DNA from: an uncultured delta proteobacterium
GTDB lineage: Bacteria > Myxococcota_A > Polyangia > Polyangiales > Polyangiaceae
Assembly: GCA_963806225.1 (NCBI GenBank)
Contig: CAWDXG010000004.1
Location: forward strand, 1,984,001 to 2,048,000
DNA length: 64,000 nucleotides
Direction of reading: 5' to 3'
Under the pieces are notes generated by a model, which saw nothing but the letters and a program-made list of their open reading frames with translations, was not told where the DNA came from and searched no databases. The stretch's first letter is position 1, and every line of letters starts with the position of its first letter. The translations under genes were made by a program, and so were the position numbers. This document shows positions 31,016 through 41,230 of the stretch, in pieces.

Positions 31016-31600
31016 ATGGTTTCCGAGCAGCGTTCAAGCGTGCCCGGCGAGCCGCCGGTCGACGACAACGGGAACGATCGGCCGCGCAAACGCCGCACGC
31101 GGCTCCGCCGCTGGGCGTTCGACATCGCCTTGTTCCTGGGCTTGTATCTGGCGATCACGACCTGGCGGGAGCGCAGCCTGCTCTCGAGCGGGGCCACGCC
31201 GGCTCCGGGGTTCTCGCTCGACAACCTCGAAGGTCAGCCCGTGTCGCTCCGGAGCCTGAAGGGCAAGAGCGTGCTCGTGCACTTCTGGGCGACCTGGTGC
31301 GGCGTGTGCCGGCAGGAGTTCGGCACGCTCGACGCTGTCCAGCGTGGTCTGGACAAAAACCAGGCGCTCATCGCCATCGTCGCGGACTCGGGCAAGCCAG
31401 ACCAGGTGCGCCGCTTCGTGGCCGAGCACCACATCCACTACCCGGTGCTGCTTGGCACGCCGGCCGTGCTCCGCGCCTATCACGTCACGGTGTTCCCCAC
31501 GACCTACTTCATCGGCCCGGACGGCAAGGTGCGCGGGCACACCATCGGGATGAGCACCCGCTGGGGAATGTCGGCGCGTCTGGGCTGCGCGCGGCGCTGA
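31016..31600 (+). CDS. TlpA/ResA-family thiol-disulfide oxidoreductase
   Basis: TM anchor, APGFSL, HFWATWCGVC, FPTTYFI. Confidence 0.9.
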   Translation: MVSEQRSSVPGEPPVDDNGNDRPRKRRTRLRRWAFDIALFLGLYLAITTWRERSLLSSGATPAPGFSLDNLEGQPVSLRSLKGKSVLVHFWATWCGVCRQEFGTLDAVQRGLDKNQALIAIVADSGKPDQVRRFVAEHHIHYPVLLGTPAVLRAYHVTVFPTTYFIGPDGKVRGHTIGMSTRWGMSARLGCARR

Positions 31601-31603
31601 GGC

Positions 31604-32263
31604 TCAGCCGCGCCGGCCCGTCGCGTCGCCGGCCGAGGGCACCGCCGCGTCGCTACCGCTCAGGGCCTCGTGCAACAGCGACTTGGCGAGCGAGTCGAGC
31701 GAGTCGAAGCCGGTCTTGCGCAGCACGCTGCGCACCTGGCTCTTGAGCGTGTTCTCGCTTACCTGGAACATCTCGAGCCACTGCGACCGGGGCGTGTTCG
31801 CCACCGTGGCTGCCACCACCTCTGTTTCGCGCGGCGTGAACTCGCACTGACGCGACAGCTCGTCGATCAGCCACACCAAGCGCTCGTCGGGAACGCTTTC
31901 AAAAGTCACAGCCCGGCGCACGAACCCGAACAGGTCCGCTTCGCTCGCCGGTTTGCAGACGAATTCGGCCCGCAGCTTGTGGGAGCGGTTGATCAGCGTC
32001 CTGTCGTTGCGCCCGGTCAACACGAGCACGGGGAGAAGCGGCAGCCGGCTGCGAGCGAAGCCCGCAACGTCGAGACCGGAGCCATCCGGCAACCCGATGT
32101 CGACAACGAGCCCGGTCCAGCGCGTCTCTCCCCGGAGCAGGGCACACGCTTCCGCTACACTTCCGGCAATCCGCGTGGTGCGAAACCGTTCGAGGAGCCG
32201 GGCCAGTGTCTTGGCGTTGCCGAGCTCATCCTCGACAACCAGCAGTTCACCGGTGGGACGCAT
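31604..32263 (-). CDS. response regulator with LuxR-type HTH
   Basis: LLVVEDE, DIGLPDGSGL, FVCKP; FTPRETEV..SENTLKSQVRSVLRK. Confidence 0.85.
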   Translation of the reverse strand: MRPTGELLVVEDELGNAKTLARLLERFRTTRIAGSVAEACALLRGETRWTGLVVDIGLPDGSGLDVAGFARSRLPLLPVLVLTGRNDRTLINRSHKLRAEFVCKPASEADLFGFVRRAVTFESVPDERLVWLIDELSRQCEFTPRETEVVAATVANTPRSQWLEMFQVSENTLKSQVRSVLRKTGFDSLDSLAKSLLHEALSGSDAAVPSAGDATGRRG

Positions 32264-32368
32264 GGACGGTTCCATCCTACCTCACCGGCGCGCCGGAAGT
32301 CGCCAGCGTTCAGCCCAGCGCCCGGATCGGGCCAGCCTCGCGGGTTTTCTCGCGAGAAGACGCTGGCC

Positions 32369-33406
32369 TCAGCACGAGGCTTCGAGCGGCTTTCGCGCGA
32401 CTACGACCTTGGCGACGAAACACGGATCGGCCGCCTGGACTTCGAAGCCGGCCTCGGGCAGGGCCAGGCAAAGGTCATCGTCCAGATAGTCCGGAAAGAA
32501 GGGCTCGTGGAACTCCTCGCTAAAGCGCTCCAGGAAGAACGCCACATTGCCCGCGTCCGCGTGCTGCGCCGAATCCTCGATCACCAGCAGGCCGCCCGGA
32601 CGCAGCACCCGGAACATCTCCTGGAACACGTTGCGCCGTGCATTGCGGGGCAGCTCGTGGAACAAGTACACGCTGGTGAGCACGTCGAAGTAGTTGTCAC
32701 AGAACGGCATGTGCTCGGCGTTCTCGGCCACCAGCGACACATCCGGCACCTCGCGCAGAAGGTCCCGGGCGGCCTGGGTGTAGTACGGGCTGAGGTCGAG
32801 CCCGTAGAGCTTCAGCCCGGGATGAGCCATCGCGATCTGCAGCAGCGTGCGGCCCGTGCCCGAGGCGACATCGAGAAGCCGGGGGCGCTCCGGAGTCTGC
32901 TCGCGGAGAAAACGCGTGACGGGCGGGATGACCTGGCGGCGCATGACGTCCGCCATGCCCAGGAACAGGAACTCGACACCGATATCGTAGAGCTCCGCCG
33001 AGCGCCTGCTCAGGTAGCCGTCGGTCTGCCAGTGGAAGTTGCGCCGGAAATACGCCGGGTAGCCGGCCAGGTCGACGCCCCGCGGAAGATCCTTGTAGTC
33101 GCCCCTGCGCGAGCGGCGGATGGCCCGGGGGAAATCGCGCACAAGCCGCGGAAAGCGGCGCGCGTATCCCACGACCGGCATCTGGAACAGCAGCTTGCGC
33201 GGATACAGCCCCTGCTCCGCGTTCGAAAGATCCCGGAAAATCAGATCGGCGTATCTCTGCCGCACTTCCGCGACCGCGCGGGAGCTGGGCCGTATCTTCA
33301 TCCCGCTCACACTGCGGAGCAGCTGATGGGCCGCAAGGCAGTTGACGAGCCAGGTTGTCTGCTGCGCGCGGTAGGCGGCCCGCTGCACAGGGCGCGCGAG
33401 GGGCAT
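32369..33406 (-). CDS. class I SAM-dependent methyltransferase
   Basis: YPAYFRRNFHWQTDGY, LLDVASGTG, GLDLSPYY, YLFHELP, LRPGG. Confidence 0.88.
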   Translation of the reverse strand: MPLARPVQRAAYRAQQTTWLVNCLAAHQLLRSVSGMKIRPSSRAVAEVRQRYADLIFRDLSNAEQGLYPRKLLFQMPVVGYARRFPRLVRDFPRAIRRSRRGDYKDLPRGVDLAGYPAYFRRNFHWQTDGYLSRRSAELYDIGVEFLFLGMADVMRRQVIPPVTRFLREQTPERPRLLDVASGTGRTLLQIAMAHPGLKLYGLDLSPYYTQAARDLLREVPDVSLVAENAEHMPFCDNYFDVLTSVYLFHELPRNARRNVFQEMFRVLRPGGLLVIEDSAQHADAGNVAFFLERFSEEFHEPFFPDYLDDDLCLALPEAGFEVQAADPCFVAKVVVARKPLEASC

Positions 33407-33582
33407 CACCACGAAGGACCTCCAGACATGAACGAACACAGTTCTACCGGGCAGACAGCAACCGCACAAGGACACACACCCAGACCTACATGCATCTCCG
33501 GTTGACGACGCTCAGCGGGAACGTCACCTCACCGACTTCCGCTCTCGCGTCTACCGGCTGGCGGTGTCAGAATGAAGGAACG

Positions 33583-33948
33583 ATGAGCAGCATCGCACCG
33601 AAGGGCAGTGGCGGGTCAGACCGAGGATCCGGTACGCACCGTCTAGGTGCCGATCGGCGTCGCATCTCGCGCGTTGGCGTCGAGCTCGTCATCGATCTCG
33701 AGCTGGAAGGGGGAAGGCGCCTGGCCGGTGTCGCACTCGACGTGGGGCTGGGCGGCATGTTCATCGAGTCGGTGGAAGTGCTCGCGTACGGATCGCAGCT
33801 CACCGTGCTGGTGCGCGGCGGCGCGATCAGGTTGCCCGCCATCGTGCGCTGGTCCTCGGGGAACGGGATGGGCGTGCAGTTCGGCCTGCTCGGCGCACGC
33901 GAGACCCAGGCCGTGGCCGATCTCGTCGAGCAAGCCAAGGGCGGCTGA
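33583..33948 (+). CDS. PilZ domain protein (c-di-GMP receptor)
   Basis: DRRRISR (RxxxR), DVGLGG (DxSxxG-like), VRW..GMGVQF. Confidence 0.85.
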   Translation: MSSIAPKGSGGSDRGSGTHRLGADRRRISRVGVELVIDLELEGGRRLAGVALDVGLGGMFIESVEVLAYGSQLTVLVRGGAIRLPAIVRWSSGNGMGVQFGLLGARETQAVADLVEQAKGG

Positions 33949-34010
33949 GAAGCGCTGTCGCGGCGCGGGGCTGGCGCTCCGCGCCGGGATCCCTACACTC
34001 TGTCGCCCCG

Positions 34011-35189
34011 ATGGATCCCGCGTACAAGAGCGCGCTGAACCGGGACGTCCCTCCCGCGGCGCCCGGCGAGTTCACGCCGCTGTCGCTCGGCGCGCTCGCC
34101 GTGTGGCCCCCGGTCGTGTTGGCGCCCATGGCCGGCGTGACGAACTACCCCTTCCGGTCCATCTGCCGGCACTTCGGCGCGGGGCTGTACGTGAGCGAGA
34201 TGATCACGGCACGTCCGTTGGTAGAGGGGCGCGGCAAGACGCTCAAGCTCGCCGACTTCGGACCTGGCGAGAGCCCGCGCAGCCTACAGCTCTACGGCGT
34301 CGATCCCTACTACGTGGGTGAAGCCGTGAAACGCCTGGTCGGCGAAGGCCGCGTCGACCATGTCGACATGAACTTCGGCTGTCCCGTGCGCAAGGTCACG
34401 CGCAAGGGCGGCGGCTCCGCCATCCCCGTCAAGCCGAGGCTGCTCGCCAACATCGTGCGCGCCGCCGTGAAGAACGCCGGCGACGTGCCCGTGACGATCA
34501 AGTTCCGCATGGGCATCCACGACGGGCTCCTGACGTATCTCACCGCCGGCCGCGTCGGGGAGGACGAAGGCGTGCGCGCCGTCGCCCTGCACGCGCGAAC
34601 GGCGGCGCAGCTCTACGACGGCGAGGCCCGCTGGGACGCCATCGCGGAGCTGAAGCAGGCCGTCGGCATCCCGGTGCTCGGCAACGGCGACATCTGGGAG
34701 GCCGGCGACGCTTTGCGCATGATGCGCCAGACCGGCTGCGACGGAGTCGTCGTTGGACGAGGCTGCCTTGGCCGGCCGTGGCTGTTCCGCGATCTGGCCG
34801 ACGTCTTCGACGGGCGCGAGCCCGCCGATCCGCCCGACCTCGGCGCTGTCGTCGGGATCATGCTCGATCACGCGCAGAGGCTCTCGGACTGGTTTGGCGA
34901 AGCACCGGCGATGCGGGCCTTCCGCCGCCACGCCACCTGGTACACCAAGGGCTTCCGCGGCAGCGCGGCGCTGCGCCAGCAACTGATGCGCGTCGAGACG
35001 CTCCGCCAGCTCCGCGACGTGCTCTCCAGCGTCGACGGGTCGCAGCCGTTTCCACCGTCGGCGATGCGCGTGCCGCGCGGCAAGAGCGCGGGCACGCAAC
35101 AGGTCAGCCTGCCCGAGGGCTACCTCGGCAATCTGGACGACGCGACGCCGCCCGACGCTGCGGCTGGCGACGCCGTGTCCGGCGGCTGA
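34011..35189 (+). CDS. dusB: tRNA-dihydrouridine synthase B
   Basis: LAPMAGVT, DMNFGCPVRKV, TIKFRMG, HART, GNGDI, GRGCLGRPWLF. Confidence 0.92.
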   Translation: MDPAYKSALNRDVPPAAPGEFTPLSLGALAVWPPVVLAPMAGVTNYPFRSICRHFGAGLYVSEMITARPLVEGRGKTLKLADFGPGESPRSLQLYGVDPYYVGEAVKRLVGEGRVDHVDMNFGCPVRKVTRKGGGSAIPVKPRLLANIVRAAVKNAGDVPVTIKFRMGIHDGLLTYLTAGRVGEDEGVRAVALHARTAAQLYDGEARWDAIAELKQAVGIPVLGNGDIWEAGDALRMMRQTGCDGVVVGRGCLGRPWLFRDLADVFDGREPADPPDLGAVVGIMLDHAQRLSDWFGEAPAMRAFRRHATWYTKGFRGSAALRQQLMRVETLRQLRDVLSSVDGSQPFPPSAMRVPRGKSAGTQQVSLPEGYLGNLDDATPPDAAAGDAVSGG

Positions 35190-35295
35190 TCGCCAGCCCG
35201 GCGGAACCACTCGGTTTTCGCGCCCAGCCGGCCAACGCGTTGTTGACGGCGATCAGCGGGGGTAGACTCCGCGGCCAGGGCAGGAGGCGTGGACG

Positions 35296-35910
35296 ATGCG
35301 GACAACCAGGATCGTGTCCGGCTTCGTAGGATGGCGGTGGACGCCGTTCTGCGCGCTCGTCGCGGGTTCCCTCGTCTACGTCGGCCTGGTCGTGCTGGTC
35401 GTCCCGGAGAACCTCGGCAAGCTGCCGAAGAGCCAGCTGTCTGGGCTGGCTCCACAGAGCGACACGCTCACGGCCCGGACGCTCGGCAGCAGCCCGTCGC
35501 TCTCCTCGCCGGGCCAGCACCGCACCCTGGCCGGCGCAGGGCTCGCGCACGAGCCGGACGCGCCGGTAGCCCCGCGGCACCACCTCGTGGAGTCTCGCAC
35601 CGCCGCGCTCGACGGCGAGCCCCACTTGATCCGCGCGCCGTCGCCTCCACCCGCTCCCGCACCTCCTCCCGCGCCCGCTCCGCCACCGCCGCCGGAACCC
35701 GCGGAGCAGGCGCCCCCGCCCAACGAACCTCCGGCTCCGCCGGCTCCGGAACCAGAACCGCCGATCATCCAGCACCGTGTGCTGAACGGCCTGCACATGA
35801 TTTCTCCGCGCATCGCGGCTCCGCCCGGCAACGCCAATCAACCGGCCGACGATAGTGACAACGGCGGCGACAACGACGGCAGCGACAACGGCGGCGAGGG
35901 GCAACAGTAG
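35296..35910 (+). CDS. Pro-rich single-pass membrane protein, hypothetical
   Basis: AGGAGG RBS; TM segment, poly-Pro stretch, acidic tail. Confidence 0.65.
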   Translation: MRTTRIVSGFVGWRWTPFCALVAGSLVYVGLVVLVVPENLGKLPKSQLSGLAPQSDTLTARTLGSSPSLSSPGQHRTLAGAGLAHEPDAPVAPRHHLVESRTAALDGEPHLIRAPSPPPAPAPPPAPAPPPPPEPAEQAPPPNEPPAPPAPEPEPPIIQHRVLNGLHMISPRIAAPPGNANQPADDSDNGGDNDGSDNGGEGQQ

Positions 35911-35913
35911 CGC

Positions 35914-36276
35914 TCAATCCCCGCGACCGCGCAGGCGCCGGAGAGCACGCCGATCCGCCTTGGTCGGCCGCCCCGCTCCGCGCGCGCGCGGCGCAATGCG
36001 TTCTTCCCGGGGTGGGGGAGGCGGCGAGTGATCCTCGTACAGCTCCCGCGCGCGTGGCGGTGACTGCCGCTTGTCGGCCAGAGCGATCACGTCGAACACG
36101 ATGGGCCCGCGCGGAGCCAGCGCGTCGATGCGATCGCCGATCTTGACCGGAGTGCTGGGCTCGGCGTTCCTGCCGTTGAGCTTCACGTGGCCGCCGCGGC
36201 ACGCCTCCTGCGCGAGCGTGCGGGTCTTGTACAGCCTGGCTGCGCACAACCAGCGGTCGATGCGCACGGAATCCAT
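35914..36276 (-). CDS. hslR: ribosome-associated heat shock protein Hsp15 (S4 domain)
   Basis: VRIDRWLCAARLYKTRTLAQEAC, GRPTKADRR. Confidence 0.92.
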   Translation of the reverse strand: MDSVRIDRWLCAARLYKTRTLAQEACRGGHVKLNGRNAEPSTPVKIGDRIDALAPRGPIVFDVIALADKRQSPPRARELYEDHSPPPPPREERIAPRARGAGRPTKADRRALRRLRGRGD

Positions 36277-36417
36277 GCCGCCCAGGGTAGCGCAGTCTGA
36301 CGCCGGTCACATCGCCTAGGCCCTGCGGGGCTTCACGGCAGGCGTTACGTGCCTATGCTGTTTCGCGGCTGCCAGGACCCCCACCCTCTCCCAGCACCCC
36401 ACGGAACGGAGCACACG

Positions 36418-37230
36418 ATGCCGGATATCGCAATCAACGGAGCGCAGCTGTACTACGAGGACACGGGGGCGGGATCGACGGGGGAGACGATCGTGTTCAG
36501 CCACGGGCTGCTCTGGAGCCTCGAGATGTTCCGGCCCCAGATGGATCACCTGCGCGAGCGCTACCGCTGCATCGGCTACGACCACCGCGGCCAAGGCAAG
36601 AGTAGCGACGTGGAGGCGCGCTCCATCGGCATGGAGGCGCTCTTCCAGGACGCCGCGGGACTGATCGAGCACCTCGAGCTCGGCCCGGTGCACTTCGCGG
36701 GGCTGTCGATGGGCGGCTTCGTGGCGATGCGCATGGCCGCGCGGCGACCCGACCTCCTGCGCTCGCTCATCCTGATGGAAACCAGCGCCGATCGCGAGCC
36801 CGCGGAGAACATCCGGCGCTACCGCATGCTGAACGCCGTCGCGCGCTACGCCGGGCTGAAGCTCGTCGCCGACCGCGTCATGCCGATCATGTTCGGGCAG
36901 GAGTTCTTGACCGACCCTGCGCGCGAAAGCGAGCGCGCCGTGTGGCGGGAGCGGCTGGTCGGGAACCGCCGCAGCATCTGGCGCGCCGTCAACGGCGTCA
37001 TCGACCGCGCTCCGATCGCGCCTGAGCTCGCGCGCATCGACCTGCCCACGCTCGTCATCGTGGGCGAGCAGGACGTGGCGACGGTGCCCGAGAAGGCCGA
37101 GCGGATCCACGCGGCCATCGCCGGCTCGAAGCTCGTGCGCATCCCCGGCGCCGGGCACAGCTCTACGCTCGAGCAGCCCGAACGCGTCAACGCGGCGCTG
37201 GACGAGTTCCTCGGCTCGCTGGCGCGTTGA
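36418..37230 (+). CDS. alpha/beta hydrolase (PcaD-like)
   Basis: SHGL, YDHRGQGKS, GLSMGG, GEQD, AGH triad motifs. Confidence 0.9.
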   Translation: MPDIAINGAQLYYEDTGAGSTGETIVFSHGLLWSLEMFRPQMDHLRERYRCIGYDHRGQGKSSDVEARSIGMEALFQDAAGLIEHLELGPVHFAGLSMGGFVAMRMAARRPDLLRSLILMETSADREPAENIRRYRMLNAVARYAGLKLVADRVMPIMFGQEFLTDPARESERAVWRERLVGNRRSIWRAVNGVIDRAPIAPELARIDLPTLVIVGEQDVATVPEKAERIHAAIAGSKLVRIPGAGHSSTLEQPERVNAALDEFLGSLAR

Positions 37231-37308
37231 CACGGTGCCCGCTGTGCGCCACGGATCCGCCGGCGGGACGGCGACCGAGGGGCGCCGATCCTGCGGTCAG
37301 GACAGAAG

Positions 37309-38116
37309 ATGGAAGAAGAACAGAGCGCGCTACAACGCGTGCTTCAAATCGAGCGCGCTGACAAAGCGCACTTTTCGTTCCGGATCGAGGACGGCTGGCA
37401 GCAGGGTCGCGGCGCGTTCGGCGGCGTGGTGCTAGGCGCTCTGCTGCGCGCGGTCGAAGCGAGCGAGCCAGACGCCGAGCGGCGGCTGCGCTCGCTGACG
37501 GGCGAGATCGTCGCGCCGGTGCTGGTGGGCGAGGCGGAGGTTTTCGTCGAGGCGGTCCGCATCGGCAAGGGCGTCTCCACTTGGGGGGCGACGCTGAGGC
37601 AGGGCGGCGCGATCGCCGCGCGCGCCAGCGTCGTGCTCGGCCGCAATCGCCGCGACGACCATCACTGGGCACCCGAGCCGCCGGAAGTGGGCGGGCCGTG
37701 GCAGGACGTGGCCGCCTTCCCGTCGGAAGCTCCAACGCCCACCTTCACGCAGCACTTCGAGTATCGGAACGTCGGCCCCCTGCCCTTCTCCGGTAGCAAC
37801 GATCCCGAGGCGCGCGGCTGGATCCGCCCGCGCGCGGCGCGCGTGGACTGGGACGCGGCCAGCGTGCTGGCCACGGCCGACGCATGGTGGCCCGCTTCGC
37901 TCGCGCTCGAGCCCGGGCCGCGCCCCGTCGCCACCGTCGCTTTCACGCTACAGCTCTTCTCCCCCAATCCGCCGCCCGCCCCGGACGCGCCGCTCTTCTA
38001 CCGCGCCCGCGGGCTCGCCGCCCAGGACGGCTTCGAGATGGAAATGCGCGAGCTATCGGACCCCCGCCGGCGGTCTGGTCGCGCTGAACCAGCAGACGTT
38101 TGTCTGGATCAAGTAG
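37309..38116 (+). CDS. acyl-CoA thioesterase-family (double hotdog) protein, frameshifted at ~38057
   Basis: WQQGRGAFGG, FTQHFEYR, DAWWP; deleting C38057 gives ELWTPAGGLVALNQQTFVWIK* ending 38116. Confidence 0.8.
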
Positions 38117-38340
38117 GGCGCTTGCGTCCGGCGCGGGCTCAGCCCTGGCGATGACTGGTCTTGTTGCATGACGTGAACTCCGCATCGCCGCTGCTTCGAG
38201 CAGTAGGCGGCGGGGCCCCTGGCCCTCGCGCTGGCCAGCCGTGCCATCCAGACAGAAGGGTAGCCCCTCTTCGGGCACCCTCGGTGCGTGTCGAAGCAGG
38301 GTCGCGCGATGTATCGCTGACCCGCGCAGCGGAAGCTCGA

Positions 38341-38817
38341 CTAGTTGCAGGGCGCGGCGCCGGCGGCGTGCGTGCAGTGGACCGACTGAGCCGACGGCTG
38401 GTCGTTCTTCGCGTACCCGAGGTGCGTCTCGACGCAGCTCTGCCGGGCCGCCGAATACGAGTCGTACTTGGTGAGGCAATCGTCCATCGACGCGTAGTGC
38501 CCGGTCGATCCGAACGTGCACGTCGTCTGGTAGTCCGCGCAGAAGGCCTTTGCCGCAGCGCTGGCCCCGCCGCTGCCACCCGTCCCGCCCATGCTGCCAC
38601 CGCTGCCGGCGGTGCCGCCCGTCCCGCCCGTGCTGCCGCCGCTGCCGGCGGTGCCGCCCGTCCCGCCCGTGCTGCCGCCGCTGCCGCCGGTGCCCGAACC
38701 CGCGCTGCCGCCGGTCGCGCCGGTTCCGCCGGTTCCGCCACCGGAATCGCTACTGGAACAGCCCGCCAGAGCCACTGCCCCAGAGAGAACGAAAAGACCA
38801 ATTGATCGAACAAGCAT
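38341..38817 (-). CDS. small Cys/His lipoprotein with Gly linker
   Basis: Lipobox LAGC; GGTAGS repeats; C-terminal CVETH...HCTHAAG. Confidence 0.8.
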   Translation of the reverse strand: MLVRSIGLFVLSGAVALAGCSSSDSGGGTGGTGATGGSAGSGTGGSGGSTGGTGGTAGSGGSTGGTGGTAGSGGSMGGTGGSGGASAAAKAFCADYQTTCTFGSTGHYASMDDCLTKYDSYSAARQSCVETHLGYAKNDQPSAQSVHCTHAAGAAPCN

Positions 38818-38895
38818 GGGATGCGCCCTCCTCCGGAGCACGATGCCTGATCCGGAGACCACCAGCAACCCACGGTCACCAAACTGGCGGCATCC

Positions 38896-39507
38896 TCAGC
38901 CCCAGAAAAACTCGAGCGTTCCATCCCCAGGACCGTCGAGCTTCACCCAGACTTCGCCGTCAACCCGACAGGCGCTCATCGCGCCTTCGACGACGCCGAC
39001 CTGGTAGGTATCGATGAACGCCGGAAAGTCGGAGAAGTGATAGGCAGCGTGCCCCTCGCCCAGCGACTCGAACCTCACCTTGCCGAAGCTGGCCGATATC
39101 TTCCAGCCGCGCGCTCCGAGTGAAGCCACGCGGGCGAAATCCTTGCCCACCACGGCGAAGAGCACCTTGCCAATCCGCGCCTGCAACAGCGCCTCGTATG
39201 CGCTCCGGCCGAGACGGCGCACGCCGTCCCCCACTTGAAGCGTCGGGTAGAGGACCTCGGCCGCAGCCATGAGCAGGCGCATCAGCTCGGAGAAGGGGTA
39301 GTCGAAGAACGGCAGGATGCGATGGTGCTCCAAGCCCGCCGCGGCAAACAAGTCGAAGCGGGGCGCGCAATCCTCGACCTTGCGGAGCGCGTCGAGGAGG
39401 AACATCCCCTTCGTGGTCGCGCCCGGCGGCAGCAAACGGACACTCTCCTCCACGTCGATTCCATCCGGGAAACGAGGGGGGCTGGCGCCGTAGCTGGCCG
39501 TTCTCAC
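38896..39507 (-). CDS. DUF2378 (myxobacteria-restricted) family protein
   Basis: ATTKGMFL, FFDYPFSE, RRLGRSAY, GVVEGA motifs; start uncertain. Confidence 0.72.
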   Translation of the reverse strand: MRTASYGASPPRFPDGIDVEESVRLLPPGATTKGMFLLDALRKVEDCAPRFDLFAAAGLEHHRILPFFDYPFSELMRLLMAAAEVLYPTLQVGDGVRRLGRSAYEALLQARIGKVLFAVVGKDFARVASLGARGWKISASFGKVRFESLGEGHAAYHFSDFPAFIDTYQVGVVEGAMSACRVDGEVWVKLDGPGDGTLEFFWG

Positions 39508-39644
39508 GCCACGATATTGCCGAAGATCATCTGGAATGTGGAGCACCTGCGGGTGCGGGCGCGACGGGCACACTCGGCCTGGCTCGGGGTGAAAGGGGTT
39601 CACGGGGGGCGCAGACGGGCGGATGATGGGCGCGGAGGCTTGTC

Positions 39645-40895
39645 ATGGCGAAGCAGGGGCTAGTGATCGCTAGCTTGGGTCTATTGGTGGGGCTCGGCGC
39701 GTGCGGCGGAAGCAGCACCGCCAGCATCAAGGGTACCGGCGGGACCGGCGGCACAGCCGGCGCAAGCGGGGGCACGGGTGCCAGCGGCGGCAGCGCGGGC
39801 GCCAGCGGCGGCACGGCCGGAAGCGCTGGCGCGAGCGGCGGCAGCGGCGGCAGCGCGGGCTCCGGCGGCGTGCCGCTGGGCGACGTGCCCGGCAAGCTCG
39901 CCAAGGCGTACTGCGACCTGTACGACAAGTGCTACGGCGCGCTGGTCGACTTCTCCACACCCGGCGAGGATTGCGCCACCCTCACGCAGAAGACGATCGA
40001 GGACGGCGGCTTCAACGAGCTCTCGAACTCCGTGAACGCCGGCACGGTCCAGTACCACTCCGACAAGGTGCAGGCGTGCCTCGACGCCATCGCGAACGAG
40101 TCGTGCGACAAGCTCCTGCAGCGCAGCATCCCGGAGTGCCTGGCCGCCATGGCAGGCACGGTGGACGTCGGCGGCGACTGCAACATCGACAACGACTGCA
40201 AGGGCACGGATGTGTTCTGCCAGGCGAGCAGCGCGTGCCCCGGCAAGTGCACCAAGCTCCTGGGCGCAGGCCAGGATTGCACCCGCGACGCGATGTGCCA
40301 GAGCGGACTGAACTGCGATTCGACCACCAAGAAGTGCGTCAAACCCGCAGCGCTCGGCAATGCGTGCGGCGGCGGAGTGGAACCGGACTGCGGCCCGCCG
40401 GGCATCTGCCTTGGAGAGAACACGCAGCAGTCGCAACCCGGCACGTGCAAGACGGTGGCCCAGATCCTGATCGCTGCCGACGGCGCGACGTGCGACCCGC
40501 AGAACGGCCCGTGGTGCAAGAACGCCGAGCCGTGCGCCATCACGGGCTACGCGAGCGGCAGCCTCGTGGCCTCGTGCAGCGCGGCGGTCGGCTCCGGCGC
40601 GGCCTGCCACCTGGCCTATCCGGACGAGTGCCCGGCTGGCGAGTACTGCGACATCACCCCGACGCAGGTGTACACCGGACAAGCCGGCACCTGCACGGCG
40701 CTGCCCAAGGCCGGCGCGGCGTGCGTCACCCCGCTCAGCGGGCTGAACGGCTGCGAGCCGTACGCGCGCTGCGACACGACGACGAACAAGTGCGCCGCGC
40801 TACACCGGCTCGGCGAGCCGTGCGCCTCGGACGTTGGCTGCTACAGCGGCCGTTGCGACAAGGGCGGGTGCGCGCCGAGCGTGTGCACGAACTGA
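39645..40895 (+). CDS. Cys-rich lipoprotein (Dickkopf-like repeats)
   Basis: Lipobox LGAC; Gly linker; repeated GxxCxxDxxCxxGLxC units. Confidence 0.82.
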   Translation: MAKQGLVIASLGLLVGLGACGGSSTASIKGTGGTGGTAGASGGTGASGGSAGASGGTAGSAGASGGSGGSAGSGGVPLGDVPGKLAKAYCDLYDKCYGALVDFSTPGEDCATLTQKTIEDGGFNELSNSVNAGTVQYHSDKVQACLDAIANESCDKLLQRSIPECLAAMAGTVDVGGDCNIDNDCKGTDVFCQASSACPGKCTKLLGAGQDCTRDAMCQSGLNCDSTTKKCVKPAALGNACGGGVEPDCGPPGICLGENTQQSQPGTCKTVAQILIAADGATCDPQNGPWCKNAEPCAITGYASGSLVASCSAAVGSGAACHLAYPDECPAGEYCDITPTQVYTGQAGTCTALPKAGAACVTPLSGLNGCEPYARCDTTTNKCAALHRLGEPCASDVGCYSGRCDKGGCAPSVCTN

Positions 40896-40899
40896 CGAG

Positions 40900-41031
40900 G
40901 CGAGGAACAACTTCAACTCCTACGGCAGCACGAAGAGCTGCACCCAGTAAAACACCGCCTACGACAACGCCGTGCTGGACGCATACAAGCAGTACTCGAC
41001 CGCTTCGGGCTGGCCGGCGCACGCATACTGA
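40900..41031 (+). pseudogene. orphan 3' gene remnant with internal TAA
   Basis: NNFNSYGSTKSCTQ*NTAYDNAVLDAYKQYSTASGWPAHAY* with strong coding bias and no start codon. Confidence 0.5.
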
Positions 41032-41058
41032 GGCGGGTGACCCTGGAGCGGCGCGGCG

Positions 41059-41190
41059 TCAGCGACATCCGAACTCGCGGAAGTAGTAGCGGTGGTCGCC
41101 GTAGCGCGCGCCGACGGCGTACTTGGTGCCGTCGGTGGTTGGGATGGCAAGCTGGACGATGCCGTACGGGACCGGGGAAATACCCACCTT
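41059..41190 (-). pseudogene. orphan 3' gene remnant
   Basis: ISPVPYGIVQLAIPTTDGTKYAVGARYGDHRYYFREFGCR* with coding-like codons; upstream part overlaps the MATE promoter. Confidence 0.4.
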
Positions 41191-41230
41191 GGAGCTCCAG
41201 GGCTGCCCGCTTCGGTATGCTCCGCCCCCC

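Noticed and set aside
38139..38340. ncRNA or small ORF between the thioesterase and lipoprotein genes
   Set aside because: Several GC hairpins between convergent genes are adequately explained as terminators; no recognisable RNA family.
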